Positions 36,191 to 45,201 of a DNA stretch of 64,000 nucleotides are shown here, piece by piece. A model generated the notes under the pieces. It ran no database searches, was not told where the DNA came from, and was given only the letters and a program-made list of their open reading frames with translations. Made by a program: the position numbers and the translations under genes. The stretch is from SAR202 cluster bacterium bin87 (lineage in GTDB: Bacteria > Chloroflexota > Dehalococcoidia > Lucifugimonadales > UBA3495). How positions within the stretch are numbered: the stretch's first letter is position 1; the number at the start of each line of letters is the position of its first letter. The DNA lies in assembly GCA_002238825.1 (NCBI GenBank), contig MPNC01000017.1, positions 4,324 to 68,323 of the forward strand, in the 5' to 3' direction.

Positions 36191-37471
36191 CTATCGCCGG
36201 TTGATCGGGGTGAAGTATTGACCGTGCCGGGCGCGCCACCAATCCTCCAGCAGGCCGGACACGAAGCCGTAACCTCCGTCCTGGCCCTCCAGGTACCCGT
36301 CATGCTCCAGCGAATAAAGCACATGCTCGACGGGCACTCCTTCGTCATCTGAAGAGAGCGGCGACGACTCCCGGTAGCGCCGCGCGGTTTCGTGAGTCAG
36401 CAGACCGCCGTTGACCGCGGCTTCAGTCAAAAGGCCGAGAGCCACCGTATAGCTCTGGCCCCCCAGGACAGTTCGCAGACGGTCCTCGTAATGCACCAGG
36501 TCAACCTGTCCCCGCACGCTGAGCAGTTCGTGTTCGTACACCTGCGCCACGTCGGCCATGGTCGCCTCGCTCCTCTGATCCCTGACCAGGCGTTCGTGGA
36601 GGTGATGGAAAAACTGCTGGACGTGATGCGGAACGCAACAGCGCAACCGGCGACACATCTCGCCGCGCACCTCTTCGGAGAGATGTATCCCCTGCCCACG
36701 GGCCAATGCAGCCAGGCAGTCAATCGATATCTCCCGACTCCAAGGCTGCAAGTCGAAGGGCGCAAAAACGTTGGCCTGAGCGCTGAGGCCTGCCTGCCTG
36801 AGAATGGGGCCCAACCCGACGCTCCCTGAGATGATCAAGCAGACCCTGCCGGGATACGCCTGGCAATTTCGCCTCAGCCAGCTCATGAACCGGTCCGTGG
36901 CTGCGCGGCGCTCCGGAGTGATGCGGTAATCATGCCCCTTCAGCAGACGGTTTACTAGGATGGAAAGCTCGTCAATGGCCAGCACCACCGGCCGTTCGTT
37001 GGCTGCCAGAGCTTCAAAGAACCGGTCGCCATCACGCTGCCAGTTTCCGGCGTCCATTCCGGCGCGTAACCGCACCTTCAGCTCGGATACTCCCACCTCC
37101 TCCACATTGTCGCGGATGTCCCCCAGGCGGTTGGTGGACCACGTCTGGATACGCCTCCAGATGCTCTGGACCGATTGAGCCTGGATCGCCATCTCGGCGA
37201 CGGCATCAGCCCCGTCCATGGCGGCTTCCAGGTCCACGAACACGGTGGCAAACTGCCCCTCGTCATCCAATCGCCGCAGCAGTTCCCGCACCAGGCTGGT
37301 CTTGCCCATGCGACGCTGCGCGGTCAGGAGCGTGTGCGTGCCGTTTTCCACACGCTCCCGCAGCGCTTCGATCTCGGCCTCTCGATCAAAGAAACGGTCG
37401 CCGTAGACCCAGTTACTGCCGCCTGGGACGAGTTCCAGTTCGCCATCCGGTTGGGTAAAGTTGCTTGCCAT
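36191..37471 (-). CDS. archaeal-ATPase/ORC-like P-loop ATPase
   Basis: Internal start MASNFTQPDG at 37471. It has FFDREAEIEALRERV...AQRRMGKTSLVRELL (Walker A) and VVLAIDELSIL (Walker B). It ends 20 nt before the fusion gene start. Confidence 0.7.
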   Translation of the reverse strand: MASNFTQPDGELELVPGGSNWVYGDRFFDREAEIEALRERVENGTHTLLTAQRRMGKTSLVRELLRRLDDEGQFATVFVDLEAAMDGADAVAEMAIQAQSVQSIWRRIQTWSTNRLGDIRDNVEEVGVSELKVRLRAGMDAGNWQRDGDRFFEALAANERPVVLAIDELSILVNRLLKGHDYRITPERRAATDRFMSWLRRNCQAYPGRVCLIISGSVGLGPILRQAGLSAQANVFAPFDLQPWSREISIDCLAALARGQGIHLSEEVRGEMCRRLRCCVPHHVQQFFHHLHERLVRDQRSEATMADVAQVYEHELLSVRGQVDLVHYEDRLRTVLGGQSYTVALGLLTEAAVNGGLLTHETARRYRESSPLSSDDEGVPVEHVLYSLEHDGYLEGQDGGYGFVSGLLEDWWRARHGQYFTPINRR

Positions 37472-37533
37472 TGATAGATCGTAACACGCAACATATACGT
37501 TGGCAACAAACACGTTGGCAACAGCACCGGTTG

Positions 37534-37890
37534 TTTGCCGAACTGCGGCTGGCCGGCGCAACCACCCTGGAGCGGGCTCGGGCGGTGCTCGATGAGTTTG
37601 TGCCTCGGTTCAACCGGCGCTTCGGCGTTCCCCCGCAGCGCTCCGAGCCAGCGTTCCGACCGCTGGACCAGCAGTTGTGCCTAGAGCAGGTGCTGTGTTT
37701 CCAGCACCGCCGGAAGGTGGACCGGGACAACACGGTGCGGTTCCAGTTGCAGACACTCCAACTGCTGCCGGCGCCGGAACGCCCCAGCTATGCCGGGGCG
37801 ACGGCGGAAGTCCTGGAGGGGCTGGATGCTCAGCTCAAGGTACGCCACGCGGGACGCATCGTCGCTGCCCAGGAGGCCCCGCCAGGTCCG
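37534..37890 (+). pseudogene. C-terminal fragment of a DDE transposase (IS481/ISNCY-like)
   Basis: AELRLAGATTLERARAVLDEFVPRFNRRFGVPP...RKVDRDNTVRFQLQTLQL...AEVLEGLDAQLKVRHAGRIV. There is no catalytic N-terminal part. A separate HTH-like scrap (RERWKAIQQARRKGMSLRAIE) follows at about 38090-38160. Confidence 0.5.
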
Positions 37891-38195
37891 GTATCCCTCC
37901 GTAACGGCCACCAGCCTCCCGCCGTCTCTCCGGTTGCGCCCATCGGGGTAAACCACTGGGATGAACGCTGGACAGCGCACCTGGCTCCGCTGGTCTCAAG
38001 TCAGGAACCCGAGGCGGATCAACCGGACTTCACCGATGGTGAAGTCGCCGCCGCACCACCCGCAACCGTCGCCCCGCGCCAGCCGACCTTCCTGCAGCGG
38101 GAGCGCTGGAAGGCGATCCAGCAAGCCCGGCGCAAGGGCATGTCGCTGCGGGCCATCGAACCAAAGAATACATGCGCCGCCGAACCGGGGAGGGA

Positions 38196-38297
38196 ATGAG
38201 CAAACTCGAAGTCATGCGTTGCCTCAAACGTTACGTTGCCCGCGAGATCTTCTCTACCTTGCAGACTCCCGCAGGATTCGTCAGCAGCCCGGCTTGA
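38196..38297 (+). pseudogene. C-terminal scrap of an IS110-family transposase
   Basis: MSKLEVMRCLKRYVAREIFSTLQ matches the conserved IS110-family tail (..RCLKRYVAREVY..). Confidence 0.5.
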
Positions 38298-38604
38298 CAT
38301 CTATAGGAGCATCATTTTCGCTGAACACTTACCCGGACATTTTCCCTGACCTACGACATCCTTTATACCGGCACTGGTGAAAAGGGCGCGTCGCTGGCCG
38401 GACAGGGTCGTCAGAAGCCTACAGTAGCATAAGCAGATTGCCGACAGGAAACCATAGTGCGACCGACCGAAACGTGGATGGAAACGTGGACACCGCCCTC
38501 CCCGCCGACGCTGGCAACGTGCCGAATGGACGGCAGTGTACCGTAATCGAAAACCCGAACGGTGATTTCCTTGACCCGTCCTCCGAATGTGAGGAATCTC
38601 GCCG

Positions 38605-41600
38605 TTATTCCACACCCTCTTCGGAGGCCATCGTCAGCCAAAATTCGATATGAGGTTCGGTGAAAAACAAGCTTACGTGGGAATCCAGTTGGGGAGGTTT
38701 GACATTGACCAATCTGCCCGGCACGTCCCGAACTTTCCCGTCCGTCGATGCGAAAGCTATGATCCGGTCCGTCATATCGACAAACGAACGGAGAATCTCT
38801 GACCGAGTGATTGCGTCGCCAAAGTGCATATGATGATATCGGCATAGCAAAAGAATATTGCCCGCGTGGCGCGCGCCCCTTGCGTTTACGTGGTCGCAGT
38901 GATGGGCATGCATTACCTCCTGCCGATTTTGTGGTATCGACACGTAGCTCGATCCCGGGGCCAGCACCGAGGGCGCCCACGTGGCCAGGCAAATTTGGCA
39001 ATGCCAAGCGTACTGCACCTCCTTTAAGTTGGCTATTTGGGCATCTTCGGTCGGTATCCGGCTCCGACTAGGGGTTGCCGGCGGCCTGATCCTAGTCTTG
39101 CTGTTCGCACCAGAACCCCCAGGGATCGGTCCGGGACTAGGGATGTTTTTTGATCCGTCAATGATTTGAGCGGGGTGCACACCAGCGGTCTCGACGAGAT
39201 CTCCGTCGTCGTGCGCATGGTCAGAGGCTTCGTACGCTTCGTAATCGGTTTCCGACGCTGACTCGTCCACGCCGTAGTTGGGGTTGCGCTCCTTGAAGTC
39301 CAGTTTGTACGCGCGCTGCAGCACCGGGCCCAGATACTTTTGCGGCGTCTCGAAAATACGCTCGGCGACTAGGTCGAAGAAATTCTCTTCCAGATCCGAG
39401 TCTGACCTCAGATAAAGTGTTCCGTTTTCTGGGTCGATTTGGCCGCTTTCTTCTACCTCAAAGTTTCGACGGAATAGCCGGTAGGTGACAAAGACCGAGT
39501 CCGCGAGTTGGACCTTCTTGACGACCGACAAGCGTTCGCGCCAATTTCTCCTTAGTTTGTCCCGCCGGTCGTCCAGTCCCAGGTTATCCAGCCGCTTCCT
39601 TAATTGCTGCCCTTTCGCACCAGTTTGCAAAGACAAGATCACTCGACCAAATGCGTGATTTGGATCGTGGGCATCGAGGCCATCGGCCACCACCCGGGTC
39701 GGCTCTCCCGCTGCGTCCCTCAGCGTACGCAATCCCAGGGCACGCAATTCAGAAGTGATTGGTTCTGTGACTTTCTGACTTTCCACTATGGCGAGGCCAA
39801 CCGGTCGGTCGCTTGCATACAGCCTGATGCGTTTCTCAAGAGGCTCATGATCAGGGATCGCGATTCGAGCTCGGTTTTGGGTCGCTTCCGATTTCGTGAC
39901 CAGGCGCACCAGGTTCGTGTCGCATTCCACAGGGATAAAGGCAATCTCGGGGTTGCCGGCGGACCACGACCTAGGTCCATTCCCGTGTTTAATGTGGCGA
40001 AGGATTTGGTCGACGTGTTCGGCGATCACGTCCGAACTCTGGCATTGAAGCCAATGGAAGAAACGAAGAGAGTCGGTTTCCGTCGGCTCTCCGCCCACGA
40101 CGCCAATCTTTCGATAAAGTCGTTGAGTCTCAGCGTTGATGTCCGATAATTTGACCACCGTTTTCCACAGGCCCCAATAATCCCTTCTACCCTTCAAAGC
40201 CAACTGGGATGGTGAGAACAATTCACCCTCTACTGGTATGCACGGTAAATTCTGTATACCGGTCGGTGCCGTGCCTTCGCTTTCCGATTGCTTTACGTAT
40301 TCTCGGATTCTCGGAGCGTAAGAGTCGATGCGACCGCCGTCCTCCCGCAACGCATCAGCGATTTGCGTGGCCGTTGGGGTCTCTCTGGGCGCCCAGCCTT
40401 CGACGCGATCCAAAAGCTTTTTTGGACGGTTAATTTTGTGCCTTTCGAGGAGGTACAATCGAGACACCCAGCCTTCGGATCTCAACAATTCTGCCGGCGA
40501 TCTCAGCATCAGGTCTCCGCCTAATGCAACTGCGTACCGAGCGGCTAATTTGGCAAGGCTATCCTTCAATTCAGATACCGACGCGAGGGCCGCAAGGTCA
40601 TCTTCGAACGACAAGAACTGGTGCACTTCATCGGAAGTGAGTTGGCGATCTTTCGGGAACTCAACGGCCCGGTTCGACAAAAAGGCTCTGACTTCATGGA
40701 TGTTGGGAATGCGGCGGACGCTGAACTTGCCTCTCCCGTTCCTGGTTGCCATATCCGCAGTATAAATTTCTCGAGACGGCCTATTGATGTGCGCGCGCAA
40801 AATCGAGGAGACGCGGGAGTCCTTTGGTTCGCATAACGCCGGGAACGCAACCAAATCACCCGTTGTGGTCGGCCAGATAGGCAAGGTTAAGATGCGGTAG
40901 CGGACCGGGGAGGAGAGGGATGCCCAACTGCCGCGCAACCAACGCCAAAACTGCTTGCGGTAGTTCAATGAGGTTTCGTGAAAATCAGTTTCATCAAGAA
41001 AATCATCCAGGGTGTATTGTCGCGGCTTCCACCCACGGCTTTGCAGCAACGGATGATTCTGCAGTGAGGGGTGCAATATCGGTACTTGACGACGGCCCGG
41101 TAGGGAAGGCGGCAAAACCGTCGCAATGAACAAATCGGCGAGGGGTCGCGGCTCTGACTTGGCATCAGGCAGATGCAAATTAGGTTTGATGGAACTTGCA
41201 TTCCGCGATTTATCGTTTTGAATAGTTTCTTTCAAGACGTCCAAATTCCGCTTGGCAACCTCGGGATCCCCGAGGGTTTTTTTCCATTCGGCTTCGCTCG
41301 CCCATGGGAACCACCTTGCGGTTTGCAGCGGTTGCATGCGTTGTACGGCATCATTCTCATCGAAAGTAAAGATCAAGCCATCCGAATCAATGTCGGCTAA
41401 ACAGCGCAACACGGGTGCAGGAATCGACTCACTCACTTGGTCTTCGTTCTTTGGACAAATATTGGAGAGGAGGCCGGAAAACTCCGAATCGCTCCACGTA
41501 AAAGTTGGCAGGATTATCCTCCTGCTGCCGCCCGCAGAAACCCGTCTAGGACCCAAGGGAACCATCGGTCCCGATTTGGCTCGGCGTCGGACCTTCGGCG

Positions 41601-42852
41601 ATGATATTTTGGTACCGGCATTCTGGGTTTGGCCGCGGAGCGGGATAGCCCGCTTGTTCAGGGACCGCCGAACGATGTCTGGTAACCATTCGCTGTCTGG
41701 ATTGCCGTTGACCAAGTACAGTTCCAGGGCCTTGCCGCCGTGGCGTGGGATTAGATATCCCGCCATGATGTCCACCAAGGAGTCGCGACAGGATTCGTCG
41801 ATGCATGAATTGAACCGGTCCCGGTCGCTGATTCCATGCCTTCCCGCATCCGACCTGTACGGTCCCGAGAAGTGGACGCCCAGTCCAGTGAGCGCTGTCG
41901 CGAAACCTTCGTCGTACCCTATAGGATATCGCCTCAGGCCCTTGGTCGATTGAGGCCGCCCTTTCTTGTCGATGCTCCAAGCGATTTCGATGCGAAAGTC
42001 TTTGACGCCTGGATCGAAAAAACCGGGGATCTCCGGACGCGTCCCGTCCAGGAAAAGAGCCCGCAGCGTACATACATGTTCGTGAACTGATCTGGACTCG
42101 GTGGTCGGCGAATGGGACTCTACTTCACATTCTCGCCGAAACAAGCTAAAGCTTTTTCTGTTCCTCCCAGTCCGATGGGTAGGTCGTTTTGCAGTCCAAC
42201 CGATGTCCACCACGCCCAGTTGGTGATGTCTCAAGGTCAGGCGGTATTGGTTCCTGACACCTGGGGAGACCGCTCCCATCAACCTCTCCGGAAGACCAGC
42301 GCACGCGTCGCGATAGAGGCCGCGCACCAAATCTGGGCTCGTCGGCCCAAGTTCGAACGTTTCTCCCATGGTGACCATCAATGTGTTTGAGCGGTATGGC
42401 ACTTCCACTGAACATCCAAAGAGCGGCGCTTCTAAATCTGGCACGGGCGCGCCATAGGCGCCGGGCGAAGGTTCGGCATCTTTGCCGTTGCGGTACAAAG
42501 TTTTTTGTAAACGGACGCCATCGGAACGGATTATGATGTCGTCGCCTAGGCCGAAGCATGCGTTCAGACCATGATTTTTCACCCCGATGCCCGACCTTTT
42601 CGCTTCGACGTCTTCCCCAGCACCAAATAAGGTAGCCAGCCGTTCCCAACCCTTTTCCGAGACGGGCTCTCCGTCGCCTTGACAAATCAGTCGATCAGGA
42701 AGAAACGAAATGCTGGTATGGCTAGCGTTGGCGTCCAACTCATTCTGGATCAGCTCAATGATCAGGTCGTCGAGATTGAGGCCTCTGAAAAACTGCCAAT
42801 AAACAGGGATAACATCGACCTTCTGCTCGTATTCGACGGTTGACATGGTCAC
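38605..42852 (-). CDS. giant GHKL (sacsin/HSP90-like) ATPase protein with a C-terminal HNH-like nuclease motif
   Basis: 1415-aa ORF with visibly lower GC. The N-terminus has LIIELIQNELDANASH (Bergerat N-box), QGDGEPV, and SGIGVKNHGLNACFGLGD. The C-terminus has WHCQICL...MHAHHCDHV...AGNILLLCRYHHMHFG. Confidence 0.75.
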   Translation of the reverse strand: MTMSTVEYEQKVDVIPVYWQFFRGLNLDDLIIELIQNELDANASHTSISFLPDRLICQGDGEPVSEKGWERLATLFGAGEDVEAKRSGIGVKNHGLNACFGLGDDIIIRSDGVRLQKTLYRNGKDAEPSPGAYGAPVPDLEAPLFGCSVEVPYRSNTLMVTMGETFELGPTSPDLVRGLYRDACAGLPERLMGAVSPGVRNQYRLTLRHHQLGVVDIGWTAKRPTHRTGRNRKSFSLFRRECEVESHSPTTESRSVHEHVCTLRALFLDGTRPEIPGFFDPGVKDFRIEIAWSIDKKGRPQSTKGLRRYPIGYDEGFATALTGLGVHFSGPYRSDAGRHGISDRDRFNSCIDESCRDSLVDIMAGYLIPRHGGKALELYLVNGNPDSEWLPDIVRRSLNKRAIPLRGQTQNAGTKISSPKVRRRAKSGPMVPLGPRRVSAGGSRRIILPTFTWSDSEFSGLLSNICPKNEDQVSESIPAPVLRCLADIDSDGLIFTFDENDAVQRMQPLQTARWFPWASEAEWKKTLGDPEVAKRNLDVLKETIQNDKSRNASSIKPNLHLPDAKSEPRPLADLFIATVLPPSLPGRRQVPILHPSLQNHPLLQSRGWKPRQYTLDDFLDETDFHETSLNYRKQFWRWLRGSWASLSSPVRYRILTLPIWPTTTGDLVAFPALCEPKDSRVSSILRAHINRPSREIYTADMATRNGRGKFSVRRIPNIHEVRAFLSNRAVEFPKDRQLTSDEVHQFLSFEDDLAALASVSELKDSLAKLAARYAVALGGDLMLRSPAELLRSEGWVSRLYLLERHKINRPKKLLDRVEGWAPRETPTATQIADALREDGGRIDSYAPRIREYVKQSESEGTAPTGIQNLPCIPVEGELFSPSQLALKGRRDYWGLWKTVVKLSDINAETQRLYRKIGVVGGEPTETDSLRFFHWLQCQSSDVIAEHVDQILRHIKHGNGPRSWSAGNPEIAFIPVECDTNLVRLVTKSEATQNRARIAIPDHEPLEKRIRLYASDRPVGLAIVESQKVTEPITSELRALGLRTLRDAAGEPTRVVADGLDAHDPNHAFGRVILSLQTGAKGQQLRKRLDNLGLDDRRDKLRRNWRERLSVVKKVQLADSVFVTYRLFRRNFEVEESGQIDPENGTLYLRSDSDLEENFFDLVAERIFETPQKYLGPVLQRAYKLDFKERNPNYGVDESASETDYEAYEASDHAHDDGDLVETAGVHPAQIIDGSKNIPSPGPIPGGSGANSKTRIRPPATPSRSRIPTEDAQIANLKEVQYAWHCQICLATWAPSVLAPGSSYVSIPQNRQEVMHAHHCDHVNARGARHAGNILLLCRYHHMHFGDAITRSEILRSFVDMTDRIIAFASTDGKVRDVPGRLVNVKPPQLDSHVSLFFTEPHIEFWLTMASEEGVE

Positions 42853-43022
42853 TCCTTCATCGTCAGGTTATGGAGCATCTCATTCAGTGACACCGGGTCT
42901 AGAGCTGCAGCTCCATAGATGCACGATTCGGCCGAAGGCCCGCCTGGGGGCACTATCATGGAAAAGCGCGCCAAGGGGCGCATTTTACTGGTTGGCACTC
43001 GTCGTGGACAAACGAGCAGCTA

Positions 43023-43145
43023 CGGGTCGATTCCGGTAGAGGGCAGGATCGTACGCTATGGGGAAAGGCGCTGGTTGAGTGTGCGATAGACGGGTCCCCT
43101 TACGGATACCGCCGCGCCTGCCCGTATGAACGGATGACGGAGAGG
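43023..43145 (+). repeat. third (solo) copy of the Tn3-type IR plus about 85 bp of internally deleted element sequence
   Basis: cGGGTCGATTCCGGTAGAGGGCAGGATCGTACGCTATG is followed by GGTTGAGTGTGCGATAGACGG (as at 26122-26142). Then comes CCCCTTACGGA.A.CGCCGCGC......GA.GAACG.AT.ACGGAG (as at about 26806-26850). Confidence 0.75.
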
Positions 43146-43462
43146 TGGAACCTGCCGAGACGAAGCATCTGGAGCGCGCGGCTCGGTTCGACCTGTTGTT
43201 CCGCGTCAACTATTCTTGCCGACGCATTGCCTCAAATCAAATGTTACTGAACTCCGGTCGCACGAGTCTCCTGGCGAATCCAGCCACGAAATTGGAGATG
43301 GCTGGCCAGCACCGGCTACGGCTACGCCGCAGAACATCGGCGAACCCGATTTGGGCATCAATTCTTCCGGTGCCCTCCCCCTTATTGATACCCGCTGTGA
43401 TTCGCGCAACAGCCGTTACGTAACGCCAGAGTTCGTTATGCGCCTGGGCGTCTCTGCGACTG

Positions 43463-43711
43463 TCACCAAGGCCAAAGACGAACCCCAACTCCGATATTGC
43501 CATGTGCCCGACGGGCGTCGGGTGAAACTCCATTCTGGCCATCGGCATAACCGATGGTATAACCCTCTTCGACTCCGTGTCCGTATCCGTCCAGAAACCC
43601 CTGGGCTTCCCCAAAAGACCAGGCGACCCAGGACGCTCCCGCAACCACCAGAATTACCAGGGCGATGCCGGATGCCCATTTGAGTGGGACGTTACGATTC
43701 ATCGAGTTCAC
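43463..43711 (-). CDS. small membrane-anchored hypothetical protein (possibly frameshifted)
   Basis: 82-aa ORF with the N-terminal TM segment WASGIALVILVVAGASWVAW, then GY-rich text. The gene model is weak. Confidence 0.3.
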   Translation of the reverse strand: MNSMNRNVPLKWASGIALVILVVAGASWVAWSFGEAQGFLDGYGHGVEEGYTIGYADGQNGVSPDARRAHGNIGVGVRLWPW

Positions 43712-44656
43712 TTGGTACGCGTGACGATTGTTACGCCGTTGGCCATGACCACCGCCGTCCGCCGCTTTATTGATACCCGCCGTGGTTCACAAAAAAGGGT
43801 CATTACGTAACCTGGCCGCGAAGGATCAGGGTCCCCAGCGCATTCCCGATTTTTCACCGCCCTTACCAGACCCTCGTCCGCGCCTATTAACAGTACCGTG
43901 CGTGGTTGTCCCTGATCTCCGCCATCGTGATCTCACCTCGCGACAGTTGCGCATGCAACCTCCCCTCCACCGCGTCGGCGCTCAGCAACACGGTCCCGAC
44001 CGCTCCGGACACGGTCAGCCGGTGCAGCGCGGTGTTGGGATCCGTCATGCACTCGGCGTACCGACGCACCATCCGTTCGTCGGCGTCCATCCCGCAGGCC
44101 AGCGCCAGCCACACGCAGGCCGTCATCGTCAGCGCCTTCCACAATCGTCCCACAACCGACTCTCCCAGGCGCCCAACGACAGAAACCTTCAGGCGCAGCC
44201 CGCGCCGTCAGCCAGCCGGTCCGGCATCCCACCACCGAACATCTGGGAATCCGCCACCGCGGCGAATTCGGGATCGATGAAGTAGCTCTGCAGCGGGCTG
44301 TTGGCCGCCACCGGCCGGGACAAGATCATCCCCCACTCCCGCTGGAACCTTGCCAGCGCGCGGCCCATCCGCATCGACAGCGTGCGCAGCTCCATGGGCG
44401 TCAGCTCCGCACGCTGGCACAACGCCCTCCGGTGGATGCCCGCCGCGCCGGCCCGCCACACGTGCAGCACCATCCGCCGGGCCGCCGGCTACAGACCGGA
44501 CAGGAAATCTCGGGCGAGCATCTCCGTCCATTCCCCGGGAACCGCTTCGGCGGCTGGCGTGGCCTCCCTGACACCATCAGCAGGTTGCTCCGTTGAGACG
44601 ATGCCGACGGGTTGCGCGCTGGTGGAACCGAGCAGCTGCTGGGCTGCGTGGTCAAG

Positions 44657-44944
44657 GCGCCATCCACGCTGGGTACCTTTCTGCGCAGCTTCCGTTGGGG
44701 CCACGTCCGGCAGTCGGACCGGGTGAGCCGGGAGCTGCTGGCCCGGGCCTGGGGGGCTGGGGCGGGACCAGGCGATGATCCGTTGACCATCGACCTGGAC
44801 TCCACCGTCTGCGAGACCTACGGGCTCGCCAAGGAGGGCGCGCAGTGCCACAACTACGCCGGCCAGCGGGGCTACCACCCACTCCTCGCCGTCGCCGCGG
44901 GCACCGGAGAGGTGCTGACGGCCCGTCTGCGCAAGGGTCGGGCA
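44657..44944 (+). pseudogene. internal fragment of an IS1380-family transposase
   Basis: APSTLGTFLRSFRWGHVRQSDRVSRELLARAW...PLTIDLDSTVCETYGLAKEGA...YAGQRGYHPLLAVAAGTGEVLTARLRKGRA matches the conserved N-terminal third. The remainder is absent. Confidence 0.65.
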
Positions 44945-45201
44945 ACACCAGAATGTGCGCAACGTCATCGAAGCCATTCCCGAGACGGAGTGGACGCCCA
45001 TACCCTATCCAAACCTCTCATCCCTGAGCCGGCCAGTGCGACTGCATCCCTTCGGTGGATTCGGGCTTGGGCACAGCCGGGGCCTCTCGGCTAAGGGAGG
45101 GCCGGCGCCCCGTCCAGCCCCGGTGCACCTGCGTTCCGGTTGCCGGGCGAGACGCCGGCCTCGCCCGTGCGTCTGTGTGTGCTTGCTTTTGTAGTTGCTC
45201 C

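Noticed and set aside
36427-37527. Alternative-frame ORFs inside the 36191-37471 ATPase gene, and the extension of that ORF to 37561
   Set aside because: They are shadow frames. The 30-codon extension (MRRPAAVRQTTGAVANVFVANVYV...) runs into the IS-fragment region and lacks an RBS, so the internal ATG at 37471 is preferred.
43146-44560. Overlapping ORFs on both strands (for example 43237-43644, 43887-44153, 44189-44473, 44208-44531)
   Set aside because: No frame has a recognisable motif or a consistent gene model. The stretch lies between a Tn3 remnant and an IS1380 fragment and is probably decayed sequence.
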